A stretch of 64,000 bases of DNA from a virus (lineage: Duplodnaviria > Caudoviricetes): positions 137,402-201,401 of the IMG/VR virus record IMGVR_UViG_3300028833_000061, one strand, 5' to 3'. Every line of letters starts with the position of its first letter. The stretch's first letter is position 1. A model generated the notes under the pieces. It worked only from the letters and a program-made list of their open reading frames with translations, had not been told where the DNA came from and did no database searches. The position numbers and the translations under genes are program-made. Below are positions 9,830 to 19,583 of the stretch, piece after piece.

Positions 9830-12397
9830 CTATTTTTTCTTGTTCTTGGATTTTGAATCATCTTCGTCGTCGTCAGGATGCAGTACTGGAACTACAAAAT
9901 CTGACAACGGATCTAGCTCTATCATGTATTCGTCTCGTTCTTCCTCAATGTCTATATTATCATATTCATTGTCGCAAAGCATTGAAACGGTTTTATCTTT
10001 AGTTCCTTCTTTTATCTTGCGCTCGATCTTTATCTGATTCAGCGTAGGATCCTTGAATTTTTTGAGGTGTGCATACTTGCCGTCTTTAACGGCTGAAGTA
10101 CCTGGCCACGGATATCGTCCGTCGACTGGATGATCCTCGCCCCACTCCGAAAGCGAAAGATTCTTATCTCCGCTCTTTCCTTTTAGATCCTCGACTAGCG
10201 GATATATCTCGTTCTCTACAAGCACAGACCAGTATGGCTGGTACAACATAAACTTGCCGAACCTGTCTGTTATGTCTGAACTCTTCGCAGTACCGCACTC
10301 CTTCGACGACCTGAATGAGAACAGCGATTTGGATATCGTGCTTGTAGGACTCAGAGGAGAACTCGTGAATATCTTGTTTGATGCCGTAGCAAATTTCTCG
10401 AGGTACGATGTAAACCTGCTGCTGTAGTCCTGGCCGAAGTCGAGCCATATAGGAACACCAACCTGCCCAGATGTCGTAAACACGACGCCTCCCGAACCGG
10501 AAACAATGGCGGTATCCCCTACAATAGCCGCAGTTCCTCCGTTAAACATCGCTCCGCACCCTGAACCAGACAGCATAATACCGTTGGCAGCTGACATTCC
10601 GGCTCTATCTCCGTCTATCATTACTAGGTTGTCGCTTACGATGCTCGTCGTAGTCTTGGAATACACGGAGGCATCGTCGGCTAATATTGCAACGCCGGAA
10701 TCCTTTGCCTTTATGACAATTCCTGTGCCATCATACTCTTCGCCTTTATTGGACGAGCCCTTGACTTTCTGCTTTGAGAAGCTTTCAAGAACAATGCTCC
10801 CTCTGTCTTCAGTATCATCAGAGCCTGCGGCTATCCTTACGTTGCAATCTGCATGTATTGTAACGTCATTGTCAGAAGCGAGTATGTCTACGCTCTTAAG
10901 CGCCTTGACGACAGCGTCATCACCAGCCATTGCCACGAAAGATCTTCCAGGCTGAATATTTATGTTTCCGCATGCGCTTATGGTTATACTACCGCCCTCC
11001 ATAACTATCTCTGAACCCCAGGCATCCCTTATGATTATCGCACCGGACGGAAGACAATACACTCCTGCCTTCCTTCCGACGTTTTCCTCGAGGTTGTCTT
11101 CCTTGATTGACTTAGCAGACGTACCTGACTCATCCTGCAAAGGATCCAGGTCCTTTACTTCCTTAAGGTAAAATTCGTCATTGTCGCTAGATGAGCCGCT
11201 TTTCTCTACATACTCAAGAAATCTGGCATACGACTGCTTGTATTCGTGCACCATCCTGTCTGCAAGAGCAATCGCATCGTAATGCCCAGAACTTTTTTCG
11301 TCGCTGTCCTTTGGCTTTACAAACTTGACGACGTCCTTTCGTTCTATGTCTGCACTGTCTATTCCTTCTGGATCGTCAAATTCACGTATCCTTATAGGAA
11401 CTGGTATCATATCGCTTCTCTCTAAAGCGAATCCTCCCGCCGACCTGTACAGTAGTCTTCCATTGTCATTGATATGAAGCTGCATAAGGCCCAGATCATC
11501 CGGCTCCTTGTCAGCCGTAGTACGCAGCGTCTTGCTGTCGTCCTTATCGCAGTCTGGAGACCTGGACAAGAAACTGCTTATTATTCCGCCCAGGTATCCC
11601 TTGTATGTTCTAAGCCTGTATTTTCCTACAGGACGATTCTCGTCCTCGTCGTCCGGTCGCTCTGCCTTTATGCCATAGCCGCCCTTACGTTCGCCAAGGT
11701 ACGGGGCAAAGAAAGCCTCCTCTGTTATATAACCGCCGTCTAGAAATGCTTTTTTAAATCCAGATATATCATACTGTCTGAAATTCTTCGAAACTATCTC
11801 TACGCAGTTATCTACTATGGAAGCAGATACACGAGCCTGGCCGCCTCTTAGAGACATCGTGAGCGTATCTCCGTCCAAGCCTACGCCATACTCGTTCAAT
11901 CTTACAAAATCACCTGGGAATACATCGCCAGGCCTGTGGTTTCCGGCCCAGAAAGAAGTACCGTCGTTTTTCTCTATTGGGTCGGAATATATAAGCTCTG
12001 TATTTGTATTTGGTCCTTCAAACAGTGTCAAAAGCTGCTTGAGACGATCTTCTGGCTTTTTATCCTTCTCTAGGTTGAACGCACGTGTATCCAAAGTACC
12101 TAAAATATAGCCTAGGCCACTTGAATCAGCATTCAACATAACAACAACGACAGATCCCTCTTTTGGCATATCGCAATCTGCATATCCAAAAGGAGATCCC
12201 TGTGCCGTTCTGGCCAACGTGCATGTTCGATTTCCTACGCCTGATATAGCGACAAGAAAATCGTATGAGCCAACTCCAGTTCTGATTATAGTACCGACAC
12301 GCAGCCTGCCGGCTTTAAGCTGGGCGACATCATCCATAACACGATGCAGCTCTTCTGTGATCTTAGAAACCTGTTCTCTTGAAAATGTGTCTTCCAT
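9830..12397 (-). CDS. Central baseplate spike (gp5/gpV/VgrG-like)
   Basis: N-terminal OB-fold-like MPKEGSVVVVML...GYILGTL; beta-helix repeats SEIVMEGGSITISACGNINIQPG...VTIHADCNVRIAAG. Confidence 0.7.
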   Translation of the reverse strand: MEDTFSREQVSKITEELHRVMDDVAQLKAGRLRVGTIIRTGVGSYDFLVAISGVGNRTCTLARTAQGSPFGYADCDMPKEGSVVVVMLNADSSGLGYILGTLDTRAFNLEKDKKPEDRLKQLLTLFEGPNTNTELIYSDPIEKNDGTSFWAGNHRPGDVFPGDFVRLNEYGVGLDGDTLTMSLRGGQARVSASIVDNCVEIVSKNFRQYDISGFKKAFLDGGYITEEAFFAPYLGERKGGYGIKAERPDDEDENRPVGKYRLRTYKGYLGGIISSFLSRSPDCDKDDSKTLRTTADKEPDDLGLMQLHINDNGRLLYRSAGGFALERSDMIPVPIRIREFDDPEGIDSADIERKDVVKFVKPKDSDEKSSGHYDAIALADRMVHEYKQSYARFLEYVEKSGSSSDNDEFYLKEVKDLDPLQDESGTSAKSIKEDNLEENVGRKAGVYCLPSGAIIIRDAWGSEIVMEGGSITISACGNINIQPGRSFVAMAGDDAVVKALKSVDILASDNDVTIHADCNVRIAAGSDDTEDRGSIVLESFSKQKVKGSSNKGEEYDGTGIVIKAKDSGVAILADDASVYSKTTTSIVSDNLVMIDGDRAGMSAANGIMLSGSGCGAMFNGGTAAIVGDTAIVSGSGGVVFTTSGQVGVPIWLDFGQDYSSRFTSYLEKFATASNKIFTSSPLSPTSTISKSLFSFRSSKECGTAKSSDITDRFGKFMLYQPYWSVLVENEIYPLVEDLKGKSGDKNLSLSEWGEDHPVDGRYPWPGTSAVKDGKYAHLKKFKDPTLNQIKIERKIKEGTKDKTVSMLCDNEYDNIDIEEERDEYMIELDPLSDFVVPVLHPDDDEDDSKSKNKKK

Positions 12398-12400
12398 TCC

Positions 12401-12416
12401 TTTTAGTATACTAAAA
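12401..12416 (-). promoter_or_regulatory. 16-bp palindrome containing -10 TATACT, 7 nt upstream of the spike ATG
   Basis: TTTTAGTATACTAAAA is a perfect palindrome immediately after a terminator. Confidence 0.45.
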
Positions 12417-12422
12417 ACATCT

Positions 12423-12457
12423 AAAAAAAAGAAGCGGGCAAAGGCCCGCTCCTTTTT
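12423..12457 (-). terminator. Intrinsic terminator after the tail tube gene
   Basis: Stem AGCGGGC/GCCCGCT followed by a T8 run on the - strand. Confidence 0.8.
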
Positions 12458-12486
12458 GAGTCATCTCCTTGCGGAGAAAACCTACG

Positions 12487-12957
12487 TTACTCATTTCCAA
12501 GATAGTGGAATACGCCTCCAGCGTTCTCCGTGAAGAACGTATCCTGTGCCTGGCCCTGTATAGAGAACTGGGTCCATATTGCATGCTGGCAGACCACCGT
12601 TGTTGCCTGGTTTGATCCTTGCAGAATTTTTATCTTCGTGCCTAGATCGCATGTCTGGTCAGGTGTGAACGTAATCGTAACAGCCGTAGGAATGCAGTCT
12701 TCGATGCTTGTCTTAACGCCCTTCGCAAGCTCGCCAGCTCCAGCTACATGGCTGAACGAGAATGTGCCCTGTGCAACGCCTTTGGCCATGATAACGTCCT
12801 TTCCAAACGTAAGCACTGGCTGTACCGGCATGTTATATGTGACGTTGGCACCTAGAACGAAAGCGTCTCCGCTCGTTCCTGACACCGTTATCGTTGCCAT
12901 GTTCTGATCTATAACCACGAAGTTTCCTACTTCATTTCCAAAAATGTCTGATGCCAT
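12487..12957 (-). CDS. Tail tube protein
   Basis: 156 aa, beta-rich, directly after the sheath, SD AAGGAG, followed by a terminator. Confidence 0.7.
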   Translation of the reverse strand: MASDIFGNEVGNFVVIDQNMATITVSGTSGDAFVLGANVTYNMPVQPVLTFGKDVIMAKGVAQGTFSFSHVAGAGELAKGVKTSIEDCIPTAVTITFTPDQTCDLGTKIKILQGSNQATTVVCQHAIWTQFSIQGQAQDTFFTENAGGVFHYLGNE

Positions 12958-12999
12958 GTTTAACTCCTTGTTTTAATCGTTCGATCGTTGTCAGACTTG

Positions 13000-15054
13000 C
13001 TAGACCAATCCAACGGTCGCCTCTGTGGTTTCAGTTACTTCAGTGCTGACGTCGACGGTCAGATACAGATCCATCTCGTTGAACGGAGCAGGCAGAACCA
13101 CGACAACGTGTGCGATAATTCTAGTTGCATTGGTAGGGTCGACATTGATGCTCTCGATACGGCCATCGAGGATCTGAGATCCAACAAGATCGTTTGACGC
13201 TGTGTTGTGTGCAAGATAGTACAGACGAGCCAGGATATCTGCCCTTATTCTCCTGATCAACGATGGCGTCACATTGTACGATCCCTTGTATCCTTCGATC
13301 AGCGAATCGAACTGGTACGTGATGTTATCGAAGTTGACGACCATGGACAGCTCTGACTTCGCTAGCACGTTGGATGACACACCGGTCGTGATCTGCTTCC
13401 TGACATACACCGCGTCACCGGCCTGATCCTGCTTCATCACAAGGCAGCCTCCGGCCGCAGCAGTATCAAGGTCTGCGTCGGTAAACACAGCATAGGTATC
13501 AGGAACATCGTCTACTCCAGGTATGACCGCGTTGGTGATCGGCGCTTGAGGAACAACGCTGGCCTTCATGCCCGCGATGATAGGAGCAGCGAACAGCGAG
13601 CTGTACGTCTCTCCACCGAATTTATATGTCTTCGGGAACACGTCGACGGCTCTGTGTGTGCCATAGCTCTTAGCAGCGCCTGCAGCAGCGGCGGCCGTCT
13701 CGTGGCTCGTAAGCGTATGAGTAATCGTAGCATCGACCGTCTCGCCATCTACGAAGGCATACTCGTCATCTACGCCAGACTCAGGATCGACATACTTCGT
13801 CTTGGTGAGTATAGACGTCCTGTTCATCTTTCTCGCAGCTACGAACTTGCGTCCATCAGCCAGCTCGATGACATCTCCCTCGACTGCGTCAGGCGCGCCG
13901 CCGTCAGCCTTGACCACAACATATTTCACTCCGTTCTGCGAATACACGCCGAGTCCGGTCACTTCGAAGTCGGTGGTTGTGCTGTCTTCAACCGCAGAGC
14001 ACAAAAACGCTGTTCTCCAGTGTTTCACATTCTCGTTAGACATGTTTGTGACATGTGCGACAACGGCAGTGAGAACACCTGCGTCCTGAGACATTGGAAC
14101 CAGGTAGTACAGCGTCTTGTTGTGTCTTGACAGCTCAAGAGCCCGCGTGAATTCAGCGACTGATTCACCGCCTGTGACGTAGTAATACACAACGAACGCG
14201 CCGCCAACGAATGCGTTGAACACGCCCATTGCAATCGGGTTGGCAGGATCTGCCTTTCCTAGCACGTCCTCGACGTCAGCCATCGATGTAGCGACATGAA
14301 TTCCAACAGACGCAGACTTGTGCAGAGTTCTGTATCCGACGGCAACATCTGCCACGAGAACAAGCCTGTTGTTATCACCGATCTTTACAGTCGTATTGGT
14401 GCCAATCTCTACGACTTCAGATGTAACCTTGGACGGCTCGACCTTGACCGATGCAAACTTTCTGCAGATATAAACCTCTGCGTTTCCGTCGCTTACAAAA
14501 TCTGGAAGGCCGTCGACAAGCGTAACAACAGTGTCTGCGCCATCAATCTCGATCTTAAGGATGTTCACGAACTCCCAAGACCCGTCTCCTGTTGTAGGCC
14601 TGAAGGCAATGACATCAGTCAGAGCAACCGGAGATGCGAGATCTGGATCAACTGATTTTCCAATCAACTTCTTTCCGTTGAATCTCAGCACTCCATCGAG
14701 ATAATCTCCGACGACTGTAACGTCAGCAAGCTCTCCGAGCTCGTAGAACGAAACACCAGGAAGAAGATTGATGTAGGCATTTTCCGCGTAAACCTCGACA
14801 CTTGCCTCATCGAGCACGTTTACGGCTGAGACCTCGAACGGCTCTTTGATCACAAGATTAGTCCTGCTGTCGTCGGCTCCGGCCTTCTTCGCCTCGAAGT
14901 AGTGCCTTGTGAGCTGCTCCCTCTCGTCAACGTCGCTGTATCTGTGAAGGTCGTACTGTGGTCCAAACACAAACACATTCTGATCAAGCGGAGTACCAGC
15001 CGTAGGGGTTCCCCAATTCTGGAACACTCTGAATTTGCTGCTGTAATTTGCCAT
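13000..15054 (-). CDS. Contractile tail sheath protein
   Basis: 684 aa with a sheath-like C-terminal domain (YVRKQITTG..SELSMVVNFD..GSYNVT..IIAHVVVVLPAPFNEMDLYL); sheath-tube gene order. Confidence 0.85.
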   Translation of the reverse strand: MANYSSKFRVFQNWGTPTAGTPLDQNVFVFGPQYDLHRYSDVDEREQLTRHYFEAKKAGADDSRTNLVIKEPFEVSAVNVLDEASVEVYAENAYINLLPGVSFYELGELADVTVVGDYLDGVLRFNGKKLIGKSVDPDLASPVALTDVIAFRPTTGDGSWEFVNILKIEIDGADTVVTLVDGLPDFVSDGNAEVYICRKFASVKVEPSKVTSEVVEIGTNTTVKIGDNNRLVLVADVAVGYRTLHKSASVGIHVATSMADVEDVLGKADPANPIAMGVFNAFVGGAFVVYYYVTGGESVAEFTRALELSRHNKTLYYLVPMSQDAGVLTAVVAHVTNMSNENVKHWRTAFLCSAVEDSTTTDFEVTGLGVYSQNGVKYVVVKADGGAPDAVEGDVIELADGRKFVAARKMNRTSILTKTKYVDPESGVDDEYAFVDGETVDATITHTLTSHETAAAAAGAAKSYGTHRAVDVFPKTYKFGGETYSSLFAAPIIAGMKASVVPQAPITNAVIPGVDDVPDTYAVFTDADLDTAAAGGCLVMKQDQAGDAVYVRKQITTGVSSNVLAKSELSMVVNFDNITYQFDSLIEGYKGSYNVTPSLIRRIRADILARLYYLAHNTASNDLVGSQILDGRIESINVDPTNATRIIAHVVVVLPAPFNEMDLYLTVDVSTEVTETTEATVGLV

Positions 15055-15059
15055 GTGAA

Positions 15060-15782
15060 TTAAACTCCTTGTCCTTTTCCTTGTCTTGGTTTATCAAGGT
15101 CTGTTCTTAATATATCACGAGGTATTTTATCTTGTAAAGGTTTAAAAATAATATCCTGAAGAACGGGTGCCTCAGGCCGCGTTCCAGTCATGTCGATGAA
15201 TTCAAATTCAAAGCTGCATGTGCTTACCCACTGTTCTTTAGATGCACCCTGCATCTTTTCTATCGGAGTCTGCGCCACCGGTCTAAACTTAGACAGGCAG
15301 TAGTCCTTCTTGATAGGATATGAAAAATTCCATAAATAGTCTAGGGTGTTGTCGCACAGCACGTTGGCCTCTCCAGAGGTCTTTGCAATATGCGCAAACG
15401 AAACAACTCCAGATACCTGCCGCATAAAGTACGTTGTTCCTGTTTTTCCTTCTATTCCGTACGGCAATCTACCTGTTGGATATTCGAACTTAAGAGGGCT
15501 TAACTTGACTATTATAGCCGGCCTGAACTCTGGATGTTCATCCTCCCATCGCATCTCCTTGTCTATCCATATGCCGGTTTTATTTTTATCGTAGTCGAAT
15601 CTGCGCTCAGGACACCCTTTTATGAACTCGGATCCCGTCTTGTAATATTGGCGTATGACATCTACGAACAAACCATACAAAACACTGCTGTGCTTTGTAA
15701 GCTCGCATATAAGCTTCTTATCCTCTATCGAGTGGTCGAAATATATCTCGAATGGCTCTACGTCAAGCGGCTTCTCGTTCAT
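15060..15782 (-). CDS. Tail terminator/neck protein, putative
   Basis: Lies between the neck genes and the sheath; RPAIIVKL...SFAHIAKTSGEA pattern. Confidence 0.5.
   Translation of the reverse strand: MNEKPLDVEPFEIYFDHSIEDKKLICELTKHSSVLYGLFVDVIRQYYKTGSEFIKGCPERRFDYDKNKTGIWIDKEMRWEDEHPEFRPAIIVKLSPLKFEYPTGRLPYGIEGKTGTTYFMRQVSGVVSFAHIAKTSGEANVLCDNTLDYLWNFSYPIKKDYCLSKFRPVAQTPIEKMQGASKEQWVSTCSFEFEFIDMTGTRPEAPVLQDIIFKPLQDKIPRDILRTDLDKPRQGKGQGV
15109..15138 (-). promoter_or_regulatory. Putative internal promoter for sheath/tube
   Basis: TTTACA-N18-TATATT with a TG extension, in an AT-rich patch at the 3' end of the upstream CDS. Confidence 0.4.
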
Positions 15783-16561
15783 CTTGCAGTTTCGATCTTG
15801 TAGATTTTATCGGAGACAGGTGCCTCGCTGACAACAAGTGACTGTACCAGAGGTATTCTTCGCAGCTCCGCTATCACAGACGCCTTGTTTACATAGTATC
15901 TCTTGTCAGAACCTATATCAACTATAACATCATTTTTCTTTGCGACTATACTGGAAGCCATTCTCACTTCAAATATCTTTCTCTCCAGAGTACCTGCACC
16001 TTCATCGACGACGTCGTGGTTTGAGTCTGAAGAAAACGTCATCCACATATCATACGGTCCGTTGTACGGGTTAATCCTGCCAGTTCCAAAACACTGGTCA
16101 CAGTCAGCGAACCTAATCTCACCTGTTATAGGATCTCTGCACTTCAAGCAAGGTGGCCCAAACGTAGTGACTGTAAACAGCTGACCGGCTGTTCCTGCCA
16201 TTTTTTTCATATGCAAGACCTCTTTTCGCATTATGTCTCTTGCGATCAGAAAGTCCTTTCTATTCAAATCACCGTACGGATTAACAACACTAGAAAAATA
16301 TTTCGTATTGTCTGCAACAAGTACAACTCTGAAATATAGCACAGAAGACTTGTTTATAAGGCGCCTTCTGTCTTCCTTGTAGAAATATCTATCTACAATC
16401 GGACCGGAGATGTCTATCCACGGGCCTGTAATAGATGTGGCCTGCTCTACTCTGAACACCCACGGAGGAGCGACATTGAAATCGCCAGATACGCGCCACG
16501 TAAACAGAAAGCCTGCCCCGTAGCTAGGAAAAATATCTACACTGGATATCACAGTGTCCAT
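15779..16561 (-). CDS. Head-closure/neck protein with a Zn-finger insertion
   Basis: CLKC...CDQCFGTG; beta-barrel-like C-terminus KKNDVIVDIGSDKRYYV; head-tail module position. Confidence 0.55.
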   Translation of the reverse strand: MDTVISSVDIFPSYGAGFLFTWRVSGDFNVAPPWVFRVEQATSITGPWIDISGPIVDRYFYKEDRRRLINKSSVLYFRVVLVADNTKYFSSVVNPYGDLNRKDFLIARDIMRKEVLHMKKMAGTAGQLFTVTTFGPPCLKCRDPITGEIRFADCDQCFGTGRINPYNGPYDMWMTFSSDSNHDVVDEGAGTLERKIFEVRMASSIVAKKNDVIVDIGSDKRYYVNKASVIAELRRIPLVQSLVVSEAPVSDKIYKIETAR

Positions 16562-16992
16562 TAGAAAGTAGCAAACCCGTTAGACGCGTTTATACTTCTC
16601 TTGTTCTGCCTCACCCACAGCTTATACTCTTCCCAAAGCCTGGCTGACGCTGCATCGTACGCCTGCGCCTTATTATCGTCGTCGACAGTTAAGCCGCCTG
16701 CCTGATACTGCAAATGATTTCTGCGGTATCTGTTTGCAGCTATTGCCAAGAGATTTCCGACAGTACCCTTTAGAAGATTGAACCTGAACGGATTGCGATC
16801 ATAGTCTATGTTTCCTATGTATGGCGGCTGCTCGTTCCAATAATCCTGCGCATACGTCAACGCCTGTCGTATCTCCTCAGGTGTAAATTCATAATCGTCA
16901 AGAAGCGTGTTCAGCTCTGGCTCGTTGTCGCGAAGCCAGAATCTTATGTCGTTCTCGACTAAAAAAGTGTCACCGCCCTGCAACTTCGCCAT
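16561..16992 (-). CDS. Head-tail adaptor (connector) protein
   Basis: 143 aa, helical, IRFWLRD...EEIRQAL...YQAGGLTVD, after the capsid genes. Confidence 0.6.
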   Translation of the reverse strand: MAKLQGGDTFLVENDIRFWLRDNEPELNTLLDDYEFTPEEIRQALTYAQDYWNEQPPYIGNIDYDRNPFRFNLLKGTVGNLLAIAANRYRRNHLQYQAGGLTVDDDNKAQAYDAASARLWEEYKLWVRQNKRSINASNGFATF

Positions 16993-16994
16993 GA

Positions 16995-17528
16995 CTAGTT
17001 ACCCGAATTACCAGACTGTTTGTCTGACGACGAAGACCTGCCACGTATGTCAGGAACCTTCATGGCATTTACTCTGTCTGCGGCAGCGTCATATTTGTCT
17101 TTCAAAGAAGTCAACGTATTATCAGTATACTGCTTTATATCAGGCCAGTAATTTCCAAGAGCGAATCCACCTGCGCCTATGCCTGCGTAAAGCGCCCATC
17201 TCTTTATCTTGTCTACAAGAGATTCTTCCTCGTCGTCATCGTCTTCATCTTCGGGCTGCATCGCTGCAGGCATAGGTACTCCGTACATAGGATTCTGCCT
17301 GTAGAAATCTCTTGAGTCTCCTCCGTCGTCAAAAAACATAAGTTTACTGGCCTTCTTTTCAAGCGCCTCGGCAAACCCTTCGTAAAAGTCTTCTGGGCTC
17401 AAACTACCTAAGTTCTGGTATTCGGCCTGCTTGACACAGAATTCTGCTATATCTGGATCTACGCCTCTTTCAACAAGTGAACACGTAAATCCATGCTTCA
17501 TCAGCGCATTTTGCTCGTAGTTATTCAT
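16995..17528 (-). CDS. Putative internal head protein with GF/KxA motifs and one hydrophobic helix
   Basis: KHGFTCSLVERGVDP..VKQA; FYEGFAEALEKKAS; ALYAGIGAGGFALG. Confidence 0.55.
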   Translation of the reverse strand: MNNYEQNALMKHGFTCSLVERGVDPDIAEFCVKQAEYQNLGSLSPEDFYEGFAEALEKKASKLMFFDDGGDSRDFYRQNPMYGVPMPAAMQPEDEDDDDEEESLVDKIKRWALYAGIGAGGFALGNYWPDIKQYTDNTLTSLKDKYDAAADRVNAMKVPDIRGRSSSSDKQSGNSGN

Positions 17529-17582
17529 TTTGTATGTGTAGATGTTTGTTAGCGTCGTATCAAATATTACACCCTTTCATAT

Positions 17583-17615
17583 AAAAAAGCCACCGGCTTT
17601 TTACACCGGTGGCTT
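17583..17615 (-). terminator. Intrinsic terminator after the major capsid gene
   Basis: 10-bp stem AAGCCACCGG/CCGGTGGCTT plus a T run. Confidence 0.85.
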
Positions 17616-17648
17616 GAGGTACGAGAGCCTTGTGGACTCTTACGACTC

Positions 17649-18614
17649 TTACGACTCCTGCTTCTTGCTGTTGAAGATGGCGAGCGCAACGCCGGCAACG
17701 TTTCCGATGCCGACACCGCCGAGCCAGTAGGAGAACATCTCGATGAAGTATGCCTCCTTCTTCATGTACATCGTCCAGTCCGTGAGATAGAACGCACGGC
17801 CGAGGAACTTAGGAGCAGCGAAGAAGAACACGTAGCCGTCTGGGATCAGGTCGTCCTTGATAGTGAAGAGGACCTTGACGCCCATGAACTTGTCGATCGT
17901 CAGACCGTCGGTGAAGAAGGTCTGGGAGAGATCGCCACCAACCTCGTCGCGGCCGAAGGTGAGCAGCTCGCCCGCGGTGATCTCGTTCATGAGGCAGAGA
18001 TCGTTGCGGAGGCGGTACTTGCCCTCCTTGTTGCCACGAGGAAGCATGTTGCGAGCTTCCGCGAACGTACGACGGTTGAGGCCGCCCTCGAACTCCATCT
18101 TCTGGATCTTGCCAGTCATATGGTTGCGGCCGTCCTCGTCGCAGTCGTTGACGATCGAGTAGCAGAGCTCGATGAACTTGCGGTCGTACTCCGTGTGGGC
18201 ATCCTTGAGCGCATTGTCCGTGAGGATCTTGCGGATGTCCATGCGGGTCGTGCGGAGCTCGTCGATGTCCTTCTGGAACTTCGGCGTGAGCAGACGCGCG
18301 AACGGGATGCGGAAGTTCGTCGACTCGATGTACTCGGCATCGGGCACCGTCTGGAACGGAACGAACTTGGCTCCAGGGGAGTCAGGCTCGAGCTCGATGG
18401 TGATCGAGAGGCCCTCCTGCATGCCACGATCGAGCATGTCGTCGGTAGCCTGCTCCGGAGGAAGGATCTTCATTGCGAAGGAATCCTCGCGGAGGCCCGT
18501 GCGGATGTAGTCGGTCGAAGCCTGAGCGGTCTTCTCGATGTTGTTGGAATTCTCGCGAGTGAGCTCGCCGAGAATCGCGTTGTTCATGACGTCTGTAGGA
18601 ACGTTCTGTGTCAT
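17649..18614 (-). CDS. Major capsid protein (HK97 fold)
   Basis: 321 aa; LREDSFAMKILPP, FMGVKVLFTIKDDLIPDGYVFFFAAPKFLG, GVGIGN; strongly C/G-ending codons; SD GAAAGGA; follows the protease and scaffold; followed by a terminator. Confidence 0.85.
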   Translation of the reverse strand: MTQNVPTDVMNNAILGELTRENSNNIEKTAQASTDYIRTGLREDSFAMKILPPEQATDDMLDRGMQEGLSITIELEPDSPGAKFVPFQTVPDAEYIESTNFRIPFARLLTPKFQKDIDELRTTRMDIRKILTDNALKDAHTEYDRKFIELCYSIVNDCDEDGRNHMTGKIQKMEFEGGLNRRTFAEARNMLPRGNKEGKYRLRNDLCLMNEITAGELLTFGRDEVGGDLSQTFFTDGLTIDKFMGVKVLFTIKDDLIPDGYVFFFAAPKFLGRAFYLTDWTMYMKKEAYFIEMFSYWLGGVGIGNVAGVALAIFNSKKQES

Positions 18615-18634
18615 TGTATGTTTCCTTTCCTAGC

Positions 18635-19183
18635 TTAGATGCCCGTGAACTGGATCACAGTCCTGTTGGCACCGCGGCGCCAAGGCAGGCCATCCTTGCC
18701 ATCCTTTGCAATGGCATTGTTGACCCAGCGAGTGAACGGAGGAACGGTAACAACCGCAACCGCGTTCTCCTCGGTGCCCTTGGAGAGCATGCCGTCCTTG
18801 ACCGTGAGGAAGTCGCCGACCTTGAAGTCGTCGCCGTCGTAGACATCGGTCTGGTACTCTTCCTTGCGGAGGAGGAGGCCGGTGAGACGAGGCTGAGACT
18901 GGATGACGTTGGAGCGCATGTCGGGCTTCTGTGTGATCGCAATGTCACCAGCCTCGTACACGACGCCACCAGCCATCGCGGCCTGCGTGTCAGCGTAGTC
19001 CTGAAGAGCAATGTAGACCAGCTTCTGAGAGCCGTCTGCAAGCTCGAATGCGCCCTTGTCGTTCGCCTGAATGATTGAACCGCGGACGATCTTCTCATTC
19101 GCTTCGGCGGGGTCTACAGGAAGGGTCTTGTCAACCTGTGCCATCGAATAGGTGGCGCCCTTAATAGGTGTGAACCATCCCAT
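18635..19183 (-). CDS. Capsid decoration/cement protein, putative
   Basis: 182 aa directly upstream of the MCP; FKVGDFLTVKDGML..AVAVVT beta-tulip-like pattern; biased codons. Confidence 0.6.
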   Translation of the reverse strand: MGWFTPIKGATYSMAQVDKTLPVDPAEANEKIVRGSIIQANDKGAFELADGSQKLVYIALQDYADTQAAMAGGVVYEAGDIAITQKPDMRSNVIQSQPRLTGLLLRKEEYQTDVYDGDDFKVGDFLTVKDGMLSKGTEENAVAVVTVPPFTRWVNNAIAKDGKDGLPWRRGANRTVIQFTGI

Positions 19184-19204
19184 GGTTGTACTCCTTTGTT
19201 TTGT

Positions 19205-19573
19205 TTAGTCAATCGTACCTGTATTTCCTCCACGAGGGAAGAAAATCCGTTCGAAAGGATCGTCGCCGGTACTCACGGCAATCTTTTCGTTTGAAGCGAC
19301 CCCGAGAGAATCAGGCCCGATTTCTCCGGCAAGCTTCTCAACGTAGTCGAAAATCAATTCAGGTGCCTCCGCAACCTTGTCGATGAAAGCACTCTCGTTT
19401 GTCTTTGAGAGAAGGCCTCTCTCGACAAGTACGGAGGCAGCCTTCGTTGCGCGCTCTACGAATGCAGACTTCTTGGCCTCGGCCTCCGCAAGCTTTTCGA
19501 GCTTGGGCTCCGTCTCCTCGATGTACTGCACGGCCTTCTGGGCCAGCGCGTTGTAAGACTGCTCCGTAATCAT
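19205..19573 (-). CDS. Small helical head-assembly (scaffold-like) protein
   Basis: Start MITEQ at 19573; six K-x-A motifs (KLA, KSA, KAA, KVA, KLA, KIA). Confidence 0.55.
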   Translation of the reverse strand: MITEQSYNALAQKAVQYIEETEPKLEKLAEAEAKKSAFVERATKAASVLVERGLLSKTNESAFIDKVAEAPELIFDYVEKLAGEIGPDSLGVASNEKIAVSTGDDPFERIFFPRGGNTGTID

Positions 19574-19583
19574 CGATTGCACC

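Noticed and set aside
1-16992. Tailocin, eCIS or T6SS rather than a phage
   Set aside because: Capsid, scaffold, prohead protease and head-tail connector genes are present.
17635-17657. 9-bp tandem repeat GAGTCGTAA at the end of the capsid gene
   Set aside because: It only duplicates the last two codons and the stop (a double TAA); there is no evidence of a readthrough extension.
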